DNA of 37,681 nucleotides from Basidiobolus meristosporus CBS 931.73. Taxonomy: Eukaryota > Fungi > Basidiobolomycota. The position numbers and the translations under genes were made by a program. A model generated the notes under the pieces. The model saw only the letters and a program-made list of their open reading frames with translations. It did not search any database and was not told the origin of the DNA. Shown piece after piece: positions 1 to 11,200 of this stretch; the stretch's first letter is position 1, and every line of letters starts with the position of its first letter. Where the stretch lies: positions 1 to 37,681 of the forward strand of contig MCFE01000770.1 in the NCBI GenBank assembly GCA_002104905.1, read 5' to 3'.

Positions 1-1438
1 GAGCGGGTGGTGTTTCGGACGGGAGAAGAGCTGCCTCCCTTCTTCCACCTTTCCCTCCACTACCTAGGGATTCATCCTCACCACGGCTACGACCACGACC
101 ACGACCACGGTCATCACCCTGAATGGCGAGGGAGGGGATCCGCCAATGTTAGGGGGGATTTGCTCGGATTCGGAAGAACTTTGATAACCATGATTCTAAG
201 TAAGGGTGTCCATTTTTGGATTCCCTCGACGTCAGAACCCCTAAGGACCTGGCGAATCAACTTCCTCGAGGGATCGCCCATTGAAGCTTTTGGGGGGTTG
301 ACCATTTCTGGTGGATTTGGATCCACCCTGTTGGCCAGCTCCCGGCGGTGGGTGCCATCGATTTCTAGTCCCCCCCCACCTCTAATATCGTGACGTTCCA
401 ATGGCGATCCCCATTCGTCCCTTCCTCTGTATGCGTCTTACCCACCTTGGTCCCTTGGAAACGATTCCTCACCTAGCTGATCGTTCCGCCCACCCCCTTT
501 CACCCAGCCCAACTCCACTGGGTAGCCCTGGCTTGACAGAACGTCCCTCGCTCACCCCGGGTGCTAAAGCGTCACTTCGCCCGGGTCGGGACCTGCAAAT
601 GATTGTCCCAAAATCCTCTCGGAAATTCCGGTCATCCCCATCGCCCAGAAACTGGGCACAGGGCTTCGGACGATGTCCAGTGAACCTCCATGGGGAGCTT
701 GCGAAGGAGGTCACTCCCATTGTTGATCCGGTGGGCTTGCATTCCATCCAAGGAGCGCATCCAGCTCCCAGCTTCCTGTCCCAGGGGACCTCGGGACCTT
801 TTGGTTGACGAGCGGGGGTTCAATCATCATGTAGCATAGCTGGGACAACTGGAAGTGCTCCTCCCCTACCCGGGAGATTTCTTGGGCCATCTGATCGAAC
901 CCACTTATCTATGTTGAAGATCGGGATTCTCTCCGGACTATTCAACTCCCTCCCCCTGACGCTTGGTGCGGATGGGCTGGCCAGGGGTGCTTACTTTCCC
1001 AAAGGTAAGTTGGTGGACTCCTTCGCATACCACCCTCTTCATCTTGCCAGGCCGCTCATCCACCCCGGTGATGTGCCGATGGATACACCGCAGAATCCCC
1101 AGCTTACGGTATCTGGAGCAATTTCAGTAGTCCATACGGTTGTCTCGCCCCCCCAGGTCAAGGGCCGTGACCGACTGGAGTGGCGTGGCCGAGGTAACGA
1201 GGTGTTGATCTGACCAAACATGGCTTTGGCATCCCCCAGACGAAATCCCTGATGATCGCCATGGGAAAACCGTGGATCTCACGCCATTCAGGGAGTCATG
1301 GTCGGGAATTAGGCTGGAGGGGGATCCAACAAGAGCATTCACTCACCCTCCTCCACCTTCATCCGGCTGGTGGCCCATCACCCTGCCGCCTAATTCCACA
1401 TACATCATGTGCTATGCCATACCCCGGAATAGGTCACA
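1..1438. other. GC/CpG-rich unidentified segment, possibly the end of a young LTR element
   Basis: 20 CG dinucleotides in the first 360 bp versus 0 in 2821-3180. The CG-rich stretch ends near GTCACA (1433-1438; TGTGAC on the minus strand), an LTR-like terminus. No recognisable protein motif. Confidence 0.35.
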
Positions 1439-1579
1439 GATGCATTGACTGCAGCTACAAGGCTTTATCTTGAACAAGGATAGAGCATTTGGTATTGGAG
1501 CAGGGGAAATGCAGTCACTCTGATTTACTTGGTCTGCAATGAATACCAGAAACTCCGGGTCTTGTAATCAGTGGTGGCT

Positions 1580-1832
1580 CTAAGATGTCTGATCCATGGC
1601 ATCTCGAAGTAAGACTCCAATGTTTTGGCCATACAGTTGACTCCTCTATTGGGTGGTACCTCCACAGGACATGTGAATTTTGTCAGGATCTTGTGATATA
1701 TAAGCTGGTCACTTCTGGTTCACTTGTGTTAAGAACATCATCTTATGGCAGATGAAGCCAGGAACCTCTTGCTCACTGGCAATGAAAACAGCATTAACAA
1801 CTGGCCTTTGGTAATGTGGTCAATACTTAGTA
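1580..1832 (-). pseudogene. Relic of Ty3 family C integrase core
   Basis: Minus translation gives ASEQEVPGFICH and CPVEVPPNRGVNCMAKTLESYFEMPWIRHL, matching SEQEVASFIYH and CPVEILSDRGANFMAKTLEAYLEMQQIRHL in ORF 35567..36496. Nucleotide similarity to ~36190-36390, with a ~50-bp extra segment. Confidence 0.8.
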
Positions 1833-1862
1833 GCGGTGAGTTTTGTAATTACACATAAGTAC

Positions 1863-2212
1863 TGTTGTAAAAATTTGTAATCCCACCTAAATGTTCACCC
1901 AACTTAGTCACTTAGATCATTACCTTCAAATCTTAGAGGATACTGACCAAGTTCCTTGCTGGGATTTACCTGGAATTTTTTTCACCAAAACATCAGGTAC
2001 CCAAAACACAAAGTTTTGATATGTTGGCCAAACAGCCCTAAACATTGCACAAATGCTCTTGGGACCTGTCTAAACATACTGCACATGTTTTTTTTGCCAT
2101 GGCTATGTTAAAGTATAAATACTACTTTTACATTTGACAAATCATTAAGTGAAAACCACTAAATCTGCTTGTTTTCCCAATCACTTCCAATATCTCCAAG
2201 ACTCTTACAGCA
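1863..2212 (+). repeat. Copia family A LTR (5' LTR of copy A0)
   Basis: TGTTGTAAAAAT...CTCTTACAGCA, 350 bp, homologous to 2840-3172, 5900-6248 and 24198-24545. Followed by the PBS. Confidence 0.9.
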
Positions 2213-2224
2213 GGTTATGAGCCC
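2213..2224 (+). promoter_or_regulatory. Primer-binding site GGTTATGAGCCC (copia-type, internal tRNA-iMet fragment primer)
   Basis: Directly abuts the LTR end. Same motif class as the Drosophila copia PBS (GGTTATGGGCCC). Confidence 0.8.
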
Positions 2225-2839
2225 CAAGCTGTCACTCTCTTCAATAACTACTGCCGCTATTACTGGATTTTTTCACTCTGCTGAAAAGTTGGATAGATCT
2301 AACTACCAAGTGTAGAAGGTGAAGATGAAGATGCTGCTACAAGAAAGAGGCCTTTGGGATATTGTCATGGGGGAAGAATGCCCTCCTAAAAACATGGGAG
2401 AGGAAGCCTCAAAGAACCAGAAGAAAGAACAAAGTGCCTTTAACTGCATTTGCCTTAATGTTAAAGACAGATTGCTAATTCAATGCTCAAGAGCAAAAAT
2501 GGCTAAGAATGCCTGAAAGACATTAGAAGATGCCTACCAGTCATGTTTGGCTGCTAAGGAAAAGTATATAAGACAAGAATTCTTTACTACAAAGATGCAG
2601 CCAGGAGAGGAAATAAAAATCTAATTGATAGAATTACCCTGCTAGCAGATGAGATGGAATCTGTGGGCATACCAACTACAATGAGAATGTGATAGTTGCC
2701 ATCCTGAATAGCCTAACGGACAAGTTTCAGGGTCTTGTATCAGCCCTAGAGTCCAGAACTGAAGATTTAACCTTGAATTATGTATATGGAAGGCTCCTGG
2801 ATGAAGAATTAAGAAAATCAAGCACCAATAAGGAGGAAG
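2217..2839 (+). pseudogene. gag: Copia A0 gag fragment, truncated by the A1 LTR
   Basis: Parallels A1 gag (KMKMLLQERGLWDIV...ALESRTEDLTLNY...). Has stops (TAG 2313, TGA 2514) and frameshifts. Ends at AGGAGGAAG|TGTTAT. Confidence 0.9.
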
Positions 2840-3172
2840 TGTTATAAAAATTTGTAATTCCACCTAAATATTCACCTAACTTAGTCACTTAGATCATGAC
2901 CATTAAAATCCTAGAGAATACTGACCAAATTCCTTATCAGGATTTACTTAGAATATTTACCCAGAACATGAAAATTCTCAAAGTTGTCCAAACAGCCCCA
3001 AACTTTACACACATGTTCTTGGGACCTTCCTTAACCTATTCTACATGTTTGTAATGCCAAGACCAGGTAAAAGTATAAATACTACTCTTACATTCAATAA
3101 ATCATTAAGTGAAAACCACATAATCTACTTGTTCTCCCAATCACTTCCAATATCTCCAAGACTCTTACAACA
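2840..3172 (+). repeat. Copia A1 5' LTR
   Basis: TGTTATAAAAAT...CTTACAACA, 333 bp, with TATAAAT at 3074 and AATAAA at 3096. Followed by GATTATGAGCCC (PBS variant, 3173-3184). Confidence 0.9.
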
Positions 3173-3176
3173 GATT

Positions 3177-5889
3177 ATGAGCCCCAAGCTGTCACTCTCT
3201 GCAATGCATACTACTGCTATTACTGGAACTTTTCCCTCTGCTGAAAAGTTGGATGGATCTAACTACCAAGTGTGGAAGGTGAAGATGAAGATGCTGCTAC
3301 AAGAAAGAGGCCTTTGGGATATTGTCATGGGAGACAAATGCCCTCCTAAAAACATGGGAGAGAAAGCCTCAAAGTACCAGAAGAGAGAACAAAGTGCCTT
3401 TAACTGCATTTGTCTTAATGTTAAAGACAGATTGCTAATTCAATGCTCAAGAGCAAAAATGGCAAAGAATGCCTAGAAGGCATTAGAAGACACCTACCAG
3501 TCATGTTCAGCTGCCAAGAAAATGTATCTCAGACAAAAATTCTGTACTACAAAGATGCTGCCAGGAGAAGAAATGAAAAATCTAATTAACAGAATTACCC
3601 TGCTGGTAGATGAGATGGAATCTGTGGGCATACCAACTACTGATGAGGATGTGATAGTTACCATCCTGGATAGCCTGACAGACAGGTTTCAGGGCCTTGT
3701 ATCAGCCCTAGAGTCCAGAACTGAAGATTTGACCTTGAATTACATATATGGAAGGCTCCTGGATGAAGAATTAAGAAAATCAAGCACTAATAAGAAGGAA
3801 GAAGAAAATGCTTTAATAAGCAATGATAACCAACAAAGAAGGTACCCAAGACCCTACAAAGGCAACAGCAACCTGTTTTGTAACTACTACAAAAGGAAAG
3901 GACACACATCAGACCGGTGTCTCAAAAAGAAAGATAATCAGCAAAAGAAGCCTGAATATGGAAATGCTGCAACAACTGAAGATAGACTATTCATATCTGC
4001 ACTAAATGTGACCACAAACAAGGATTCTCAGACGTGGTATATTGACTCTGGAGCATCGCAACACTTTACACACCAAAAAGAACTTTTTACCCAATATCAC
4101 AAAATTCCAATTAAAAAGGTTTTCATGGGTGACAATAGAACACTTGATGCAGTGGGAGAAGGAACTATCCACGTAAACCTAAGAAGTGGTGAAGGAAGCC
4201 ATACACTGACCTTTAAAGCAGTACTCTATGTACCAGAAATAGCCAAGAACCTACTCTCTGTAAGCAAGGCCACAGCAGAAAGACTCAGTTTCAGTTTTGA
4301 CAATTCTGGATGCAGGATCACTGATCAAAATGGTGCCCATATTGCTTTGGGCATCAGAGATCAGAATCTATACAAGTTGACTTATATTCTATCATAGTTG
4401 GAAGCCAATATAAATAACTTAAATGAAGAAACACCAATGCTTTGGCACAGGAGATTTGGGCACATGAATTTTGATTATTTGCGCAAAATGATCAAAGATC
4501 AGCTAATTTCTGGAGCAGAAATTGATCCCCCAGCTAATTTGGAGCACTGAGAAGCCTGCATATATGGGAAATAAGCCAGACAACTGTCCCAGAGCTCTTG
4601 GTTAATCAAAACTAAGAAAAAATTAGATCAAATTCACTCAGATCTGTGTGGACCTATGCAAAATTTATCCTTAGGTGGGGTGAAGTATCTAATTACTTTT
4701 TTGATGATTGTCCAAGATACACATGGGTCTACTTCATGGAGAGAAAGGAAGAGGCTCTGTCTAAGCTCAGGGAGTTTAAAGCCATGGTGGAGAGAGAAAC
4801 TGGTGAAAAAATCAAGAAAATATGCTCTGACAGTGGTGCAGAATATACCTCAAAACTATTCATCCACTTCTGCAAAATTCTTGGGATAAAGCAAGAGACT
4901 ACTGTACCATACTCCCCACAGCAAAATGAAGTAGCAGAACAAGCTAACAGATCAATAATTGATATGGCCAGATCTATGATCCATGATCAAAAATTAGCCT
5001 ATGATTTTTGGGCGGAATCAGTTGCCACTGCTGTATACCTTGAAAATAGGAGTTATAACAGAATACTTTGTGATTCTACTCCATTTGAAGCATGGCATGG
5101 ATACAAACCAAGTGCAGAACATCTAAGAATATTTGGGGTACAGCATATACCAAAAAACTGGCCAGAAATCAGTCAAAATTTGAGCCAAAAAGTATAAAAT
5201 GCATATTTTTGGGCTACTGCAATGAGAGTAAGGCATACAGACTCTACAACACCAAAGCAAAGAAGCTGATCAAGTCCAGGGATGTGTTGTTTGATGAAAA
5301 TTCAAAAATTTCACAAAAAATGACATCAGATGATGACAAAAATTTGATCTCAAGTCCACCAATTGTCAGGATTGAATCAGAGCAAAACAATGATAATTTT
5401 TTCACTCCAGAGGACTCTAGAACTATGGTTCAGCCAGAATCAGTGCCCAGGAATTTCCCAGAAGTGATCATTCCAGTATCAAATGTCTGGAGATCCAATT
5501 GGAAAAGAAATAGCCCAAATTACTATATCAATGAAGGTACAAGCTTATCCTATGCCTATTCAGTCCATATTGATGAACCACAGACTGTAAAAGAGTCCCT
5601 TAGTAGCCCTCAGACAAAGTTTTGGAGATCTGCAATGACTGAGGAATATCAGGCCCTGATGAAAAATCAAACTTGGTACTTAGTCAAATTACCAATCAAC
5701 CAAAAATCAATTGGATGCAGATGGGTCTTCAAGACAAAATACAAGGCTGATGGTACAATTGAAAGATACAAGGCAAGACTTGTAGCCAAAGGATACTCTC
5801 AAACAAAAGAACTTGACTATACTGAGACCTTTGCACCAGTAGCCAAGTTTAATTCCATCAGATTAATATTGGCTATTGCAGCCAAATAA
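3177..5889 (+). pseudogene. pol: Copia A1 Gag-Pol (gag, zinc-knuckle remnant, protease, integrase, RT N-terminus)
   Basis: WYIDSGASQH protease, WHRRFGHMN pre-integrase, SDSGAEY and PYSPQQNEVAEQAN integrase core, KCIFLGYC, YKARLVAKGYSQ RT. Several stops and frameshifts. Confidence 0.95.
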
Positions 5890-5899
5890 AAGTTTTTTA

Positions 5900-6248
5900 T
5901 GTTGTAAGAGTTTTGGAGATATTGGAAGTGATTGGGAGAGCAAGTAGATTATGTGCTTTTCACTATAAGATTTATTGAATGTAAAAGTGATATTTATACT
6001 TTTACTTGGTCTTGGCATTACAAGCATATAGAATAGGTTAAGGAAGGTCCCAAGAACATGTGTGCAAAGCTTGGGGCTGTTTGGAAAACTTTGAGAATTT
6101 TCATGTTTTGGGTACCTGGTATTTTGGTGAAAATATTTCAAGTAAATCCCAACAAGGAATTTGGTCAGTATTCTCTAGGATTTGAAGGTAATGATCTAAG
6201 TGACTAAGTTAGGTGAATATTTAGGTGGAAATCCAAATTTTTACAACA
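5900..6248 (-). repeat. Copia A2 3' LTR
   Basis: Reverse complement of the family-A LTR, 349 bp. Preceded on the minus strand by the PPT GAGTGGGAG (6249-6257). Confidence 0.92.
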
Positions 6249-6259
6249 CTCCCACTCAG

Positions 6260-7024
6260 CTAAATGTTCATACTGACTAGTCCTAATTTTGACCCAAGAT
6301 ATTTAAACTTGTCTCTAGCTAATCATTTGGTAAATATGTCTGCAATCATTTCATATGTAGAACAGTGAACTAAGCTAACCAAGTTACTCTCTATAGCTTC
6401 ACATATGAAATGATGTCTAATATCTATGTGCTTGGTTCTAGCATGAAAAGTTGGATTTCTACCTAATTGTATACATCCTTGATTGTCTTGAAATAAAGTA
6501 ATAGTTGTTTTTTGACATAGGACTAAATCTGTAAAAAGCTTTCTTAGCCACATTGCTTCTTTTGTAGCTTCACAGGCTGCCATGTACTCTGCCTCTGTGG
6601 TAGAAAATGCTACAATTGGTTGCTTTCTTGAATTCCATTAAATTGCTCCTTTACAGTAAAGAGAGGTGTATCCTGTGGTGAATCTTCTGTCTTCCATATA
6701 TTGTCCCCAGTCAGCATCAGAGTATCCCACAAGATCCTGTTCTGAATCCTTATAAGTGTATATTAAGTGGATATCAGCAGTTCCTTTTAGGCATCTAAAA
6801 ATCCTCTTAACTGCTGCAATATGATCAGATCCATAGTTCTGATTATGTTGGCTGACAACTCTCACTGAATATGAGATATCCAGGTGTATTCCAAGCATGA
6901 TATATATCAGGCTGCTGGTAATAGATTGATAAGGAAAGTCAGGGCTCTCAGATGGCACCAAGCTCTCCTGATTTGGTTGAGTTTTGACCAAGTTAAGGTT
7001 TGTTTCCATTGGGATAGCTCCTGG
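6260..7024 (-). pseudogene. pol: Copia A2 RT C-terminus and RNase H
   Basis: GYSDADWG, ACEATKEAMWLRKL, QDNQGCI and ARTKHIDIRHHF motifs in ORFs 6638..7066 and 6323..6583. Confidence 0.93.
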
Positions 7025-8107
7025 TGTGGTGGTGTATAAGTCCAAAGGGCAAAATACGGCCAACACTTCTCAAGTGTGAATGCATGTGGGGTGTTCACTG
7101 GGTGCAATAACCTCTGGCAACAGCTTGCCAGGAATACTGGGTCTTTTGTCTAATCTAATGTGAAGGGGGGATAAAGCCTCAAGCTTGTCAAGGGAAAACT
7201 ATTGAACTACAATCCCCAACTTAGTTGGCATCTTAACAAAAGTTTATAATGGTTTTGACGTCCTTTGAGATGACAATGTACTAAAGCTTCCAAAGTCAAA
7301 ACAACTATAAGCTCCACCAACAGGAACTTGATAAGAATGCAGCTTTGACCAATAGTTACAAAAATTGAAAAGTATCTTTGCCTGTACAAGAACAAACTTG
7401 GGAAAACAATCAAATATAATAAAATATACCTACTCTGAGTATTCCTCACAAGTAGTGCCTCCAAGGTCAGTTGGCTGTCAGCGCAGTTTCCTGGGAGTAT
7501 TGTCAGGTCTGAGTCAGATAATAGTGGTAAGAGGCAGCAGTGATCTCACTAATCAATAAGTAGGAATATTGGAAGAGGGATGATTTAATTTAAGGGATAG
7601 CCTCCCTTATATACATTTTTTGCTGCTCTAATTCTTGCTAGAAAAATACTTTCCAGAAGTTTCCAGAAGGTAGTAGACAGCCAATCATTTCATTGTGTAC
7701 TAAAAATAGCACAAATTCTTGGCAGATTGTTCTATGAGACATAGTAGCACCTAGGCAATCAGGTAGTGGTAATATGAAACCCCTGTGTCATGTAGTTGCC
7801 TCTTATGGTAGTAGGATAGGAGGGTTATGAAACCAAGATGGTCACATGACTTGGGCACTGTTGGGGGTACTTGACTTATATGGTAACTATCTTATCTTGG
7901 CATCTTGGCAAGGAATAGGAGCAGCGTGTGCTATGGGTTAATAGTGACAAATAGTTTGTTAGGTTGCATAGTAATAATCACAAAGACAGAATAGGAAATA
8001 TTGCAATTTGGGATGATACTAATATAGGGGGGGGTAATCCTTTTTAGGGAAGTGAGCATATGGGAATGAGCACATCTGCCTGTGGGTGTCACTGTGACCC
8101 CACTACA
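7025..8107 (-). repeat. Ty3 D 3' LTR
   Basis: TGTGGTGGTG...CCCCACTACA on the + strand. Direct repeat of 13978-15060 with roughly 30 substitutions by manual count. Confidence 0.95.
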
Positions 8108-8211
8108 CCAGTTTAAAGTCTTCCATTCGGTACTTCTTTAGTATATCTTGAATATACTTGACTGGCTTAGGGTGATGGTCTGGGTACTTCTGTCTATGGA
8201 GAACTTAATCT
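8108..8211 (-). repeat. 104-bp copy of the copia RT target sequence that flanks the other LTR
   Basis: Matches 15061-15164 with 4 mismatches. Encodes IKFSIDRSTQTITLSQS of copia RT and sits where the Ty3 PPT should be. Confidence 0.9.
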
Positions 8212-11200
8212 TGAATAGCTTAAGTGTGTTTCCTGCCACAGGTGCTCTTAGTGGTGTTTCATCAAGTTCAGACAAGTAGTAGCTTCCATTTCCAATCACC
8301 TTTGAGATGATAAATGGGCCAGACCACTTATTGTCAAATTTGCAACTCCACTGCTTGTCTAAAGTGGAATCATAGAGCAGTACTGGATCTCCTTGCAGTA
8401 ATGGCTTTGGTCTAAGGCTATGTGACTTGTCAAATGGTTCCTTGTTCTGAAGCCTTGTCTCTATGAGTTTAGCAGCTGCTTGGGTTATATCAGGTTCATG
8501 GTGATCAAGCTGTTTGATGCGTGTAGTCAGTAGTTCTTCTGTACTCATTGTAGTCCTCCACTCTAACATGTTCCAGGATGTTGAGTCAAGCTCTATGGGA
8601 AGAACACAATTGTGTCCATAAAGCAATTTGAATGGAGATAGGCCTGTGCTGCGTTGTGGTGGTGTAGAGGTACTCCTGGGAGAAGCTACACAACTCAAGG
8701 TGTGTGAGGTGTCTGATGGGTGCAATAACCTCTGGGTCTAAACTGCTGGTGTCTTTGTCAGTATGTCTCTATGGTAAAAGCTCCTGCTTCTCTAGCTTCC
8801 TAGGTGCTCCAAGTGTCTCCAAAGGCCTCTGTGTGTCTTGTGCACTACCCTGAAAAGCTCCTTGATGGCAGGTCTGAGATGTACTGTTGAAGGCAGGTGC
8901 AGTGATCAACTGCTAATCAATAAGGTAGAAGTGTTACAGATAGAAGGGATGATTTATTGATGATGGATTGCTTTCCCTTAAATACTTTTCCTGATTGCCA
9001 AGTGATTACTAATGACAAGGTTCTAGAAGATTCTAGGTATCAGTGGAATTCTTGATGACATCACTATGAGCTAAAAATATGCCAAGAATGTCCTGGAAGG
9101 TTCTAAAAGGCACAGCACTCTCAACCAATCAGGAATCAGTAGTCTGTAACCTGTGCAACATAGAAATACCATATATGGTAATGAAATGGTAGAGATGGTA
9201 ACACAGACCTAGGTCATGTGTCACAGGTACTGATGTGGGTACTTGCCTTATATAGATACATCTACTGATCACAAAGCTGAATAACATCTGGGATAACTAA
9301 TGCTAATAACTAATCAGGGTAAACATCATATGGGGATAATACTGATAATATGGGCAAAAGAAGAATGGGATAATACTGATAAGATAAAATATGGATAAGT
9401 ATATCATAATGACTATATGAATAAACTTGTCTGTGGGAGGTATGTTTACCCTACCACAGCGTTTTGTAGTGATTCTATCTGCCCAGAGTGCTAGATGAAG
9501 TTGTGTAGGACACTTTAGTGTCATGTTCTTGCAGCTCTTGACTAGGGAGTTAACCAACAGGCCATGGCCTCTTTCAACCATTCCATTGGCCTGTGAGTGA
9601 TAAGCAGTGGTGAAAGCAATATGAATCTTGTATTGTGAGCAGAGTTCCTGGATCAAATTTGAAGTCATTTCTCCTTGGTCAGCAACAAACTGGCTGATGC
9701 AGCCAAATCTGCATATTATATCTTCAAGAATAAATCTCCATATGGTGTGGCTTTTGTTATTTGATAGAGCTTGAGCTTCTACCCATCCACTCAGATCATC
9801 TCTGGCAACAACAAGGTACTTCTTGGTTCCAGCAGTTGGCATGTGGACCAGGTCAATGCCAACCTTCTGCCATAGACAAGGTGTGTAGGTTGGATGGAGC
9901 AGCTTCTCATATCTCTTGGTTGACCTTCTTTGGCAAATGCCACAAGATTCAACAAAGTGTTGGACATCATGATACATATGCTCCTAGTAGTATCTACTGG
10001 AAACAACATTGTAAGTGGCGTCTCTGCCTCTATGACCACCAGGTCTTCCTTCATGAAGGCTTGTCACAATAGTCAGTTGTTCCTGGGGCTCAACTATAAC
10101 TCTCCTTGATGTCTGTCCAGGCTTTACTTGTTTGAAGAGGAGGCCATCCTTTATGTAGATATGATGGGCCTTCTTCCTGAGCTTTCTGAAGTCATGTGGG
10201 CTCATTCCTGGTGGCTTCTCTAAGGTTCTCTGATAGTCTTGAATTGTGTTCCACATAGAGTTGCTGGGCTTCTTCACATGTAGTTGTTGGATTTCTGCAT
10301 CAATTATGTCATCAAAGTCAGGGTCTATATCTTCAGACAACTGTGGTCCCTTCCTGGAGAGTGCATCAGCCACAACATTTGTCTTGCCAGGGATACGTCT
10401 GACCTCAAAGTCAAACATTTTCAGCCATGCCATCCACCAATTTGTGGCATCACCAGGTAGGTCAGGCTTGTTGATCATTCCCATAAGTGGTTTGCATCTG
10501 TCTCCAGGTTGAAATGTGTCATGTAGAGTTGTGACTTCAGCTTCCTCAGAGTTTTCACAACTCCTAGTAGCTCTCTCTTAATCTGTGAGTATCTTTGCTC
10601 TCTAGGAGAGAAGAGGCAGCTCTCATATCTGCAGGCATAGCGGTTGCCATCTTCATCATCTTGGCCAAGTGGTGCTCCAGCTCCTATATGGCTTGCATCC
10701 ACTGTCAAGATAGGTGGGCATTCAGTGTTCTGATGGTCAAGAGATCTTAGAACCAGTGGAGATACTAAGGCCTCTTTTAGTATTTGCATGGCTTCTTCTT
10801 GCTCATCTCCCCAGTTAAATGGGGTATTCTTTTGTTGTAGTTGGTAGATTGGTTCTGCTGTCTCAGAAAATCTTGGGATCCAGATCTTAAAGAACCTGCA
10901 AGCTGCCACAAAGCCACAAGCTTGTGTTGGATTTGTGGGGGTAGGCCAGTTGCATATTTTTTGTGTCTTGGAGTCTCCAGGTGAACAACCAAAGGTGTTG
11001 CATTTTTGTCCAACAATGGATATCTCTGATACACCAAAGCTGCTTTTCTCACCACTGATGGTGAGTCCAGCTTCTTCAATGGCTCCTAATATGGCATCAT
11101 TGTCTGAAATATTGTCATAGACAAACTTTTTTACTCCAGGCATAACTTCAGTTGTGTCTTGGCGTTCTGGTCCTTTGATGCCTATGTCATCAACAAAGAC

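Larger units (their letters stand above)
2840..5899 (+). mobile_element. Ty1/copia retrotransposon A1, 3'-truncated in RT
   Basis: LTR, PBS, then gag-PR-IN-RT in copia order. Cut by an inverted family-A LTR at 5900. Confidence 0.95.

Noticed and set aside
61-120. His/Asp-rich peptide or repeat array from (GACCAC)n
   Set aside because: Only about three 6-bp units. This is simple-sequence slippage, not a spacer array, and no frame is supported.
3045-3176. LTR-encoded N-terminal extension in frame with gag
   Set aside because: The upstream ATG lies 5' of the LTR TATA box, so it is unlikely to be in the transcript. Its recurrence reflects LTR copies.
7207-7464. Hydrophobic 85-aa ORF repeated at 14208-14417 (env-like or membrane peptide?)
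   Set aside because: It lies within the LTR, so repetition is trivial. The second copy has an earlier stop and there is no family motif.
7025-8211. An LTR length of 1187 bp
   Set aside because: The last 104 bp are copia RT target sequence. The TG...CA ends and the CTGG TSD fix the LTR at 1083 bp.
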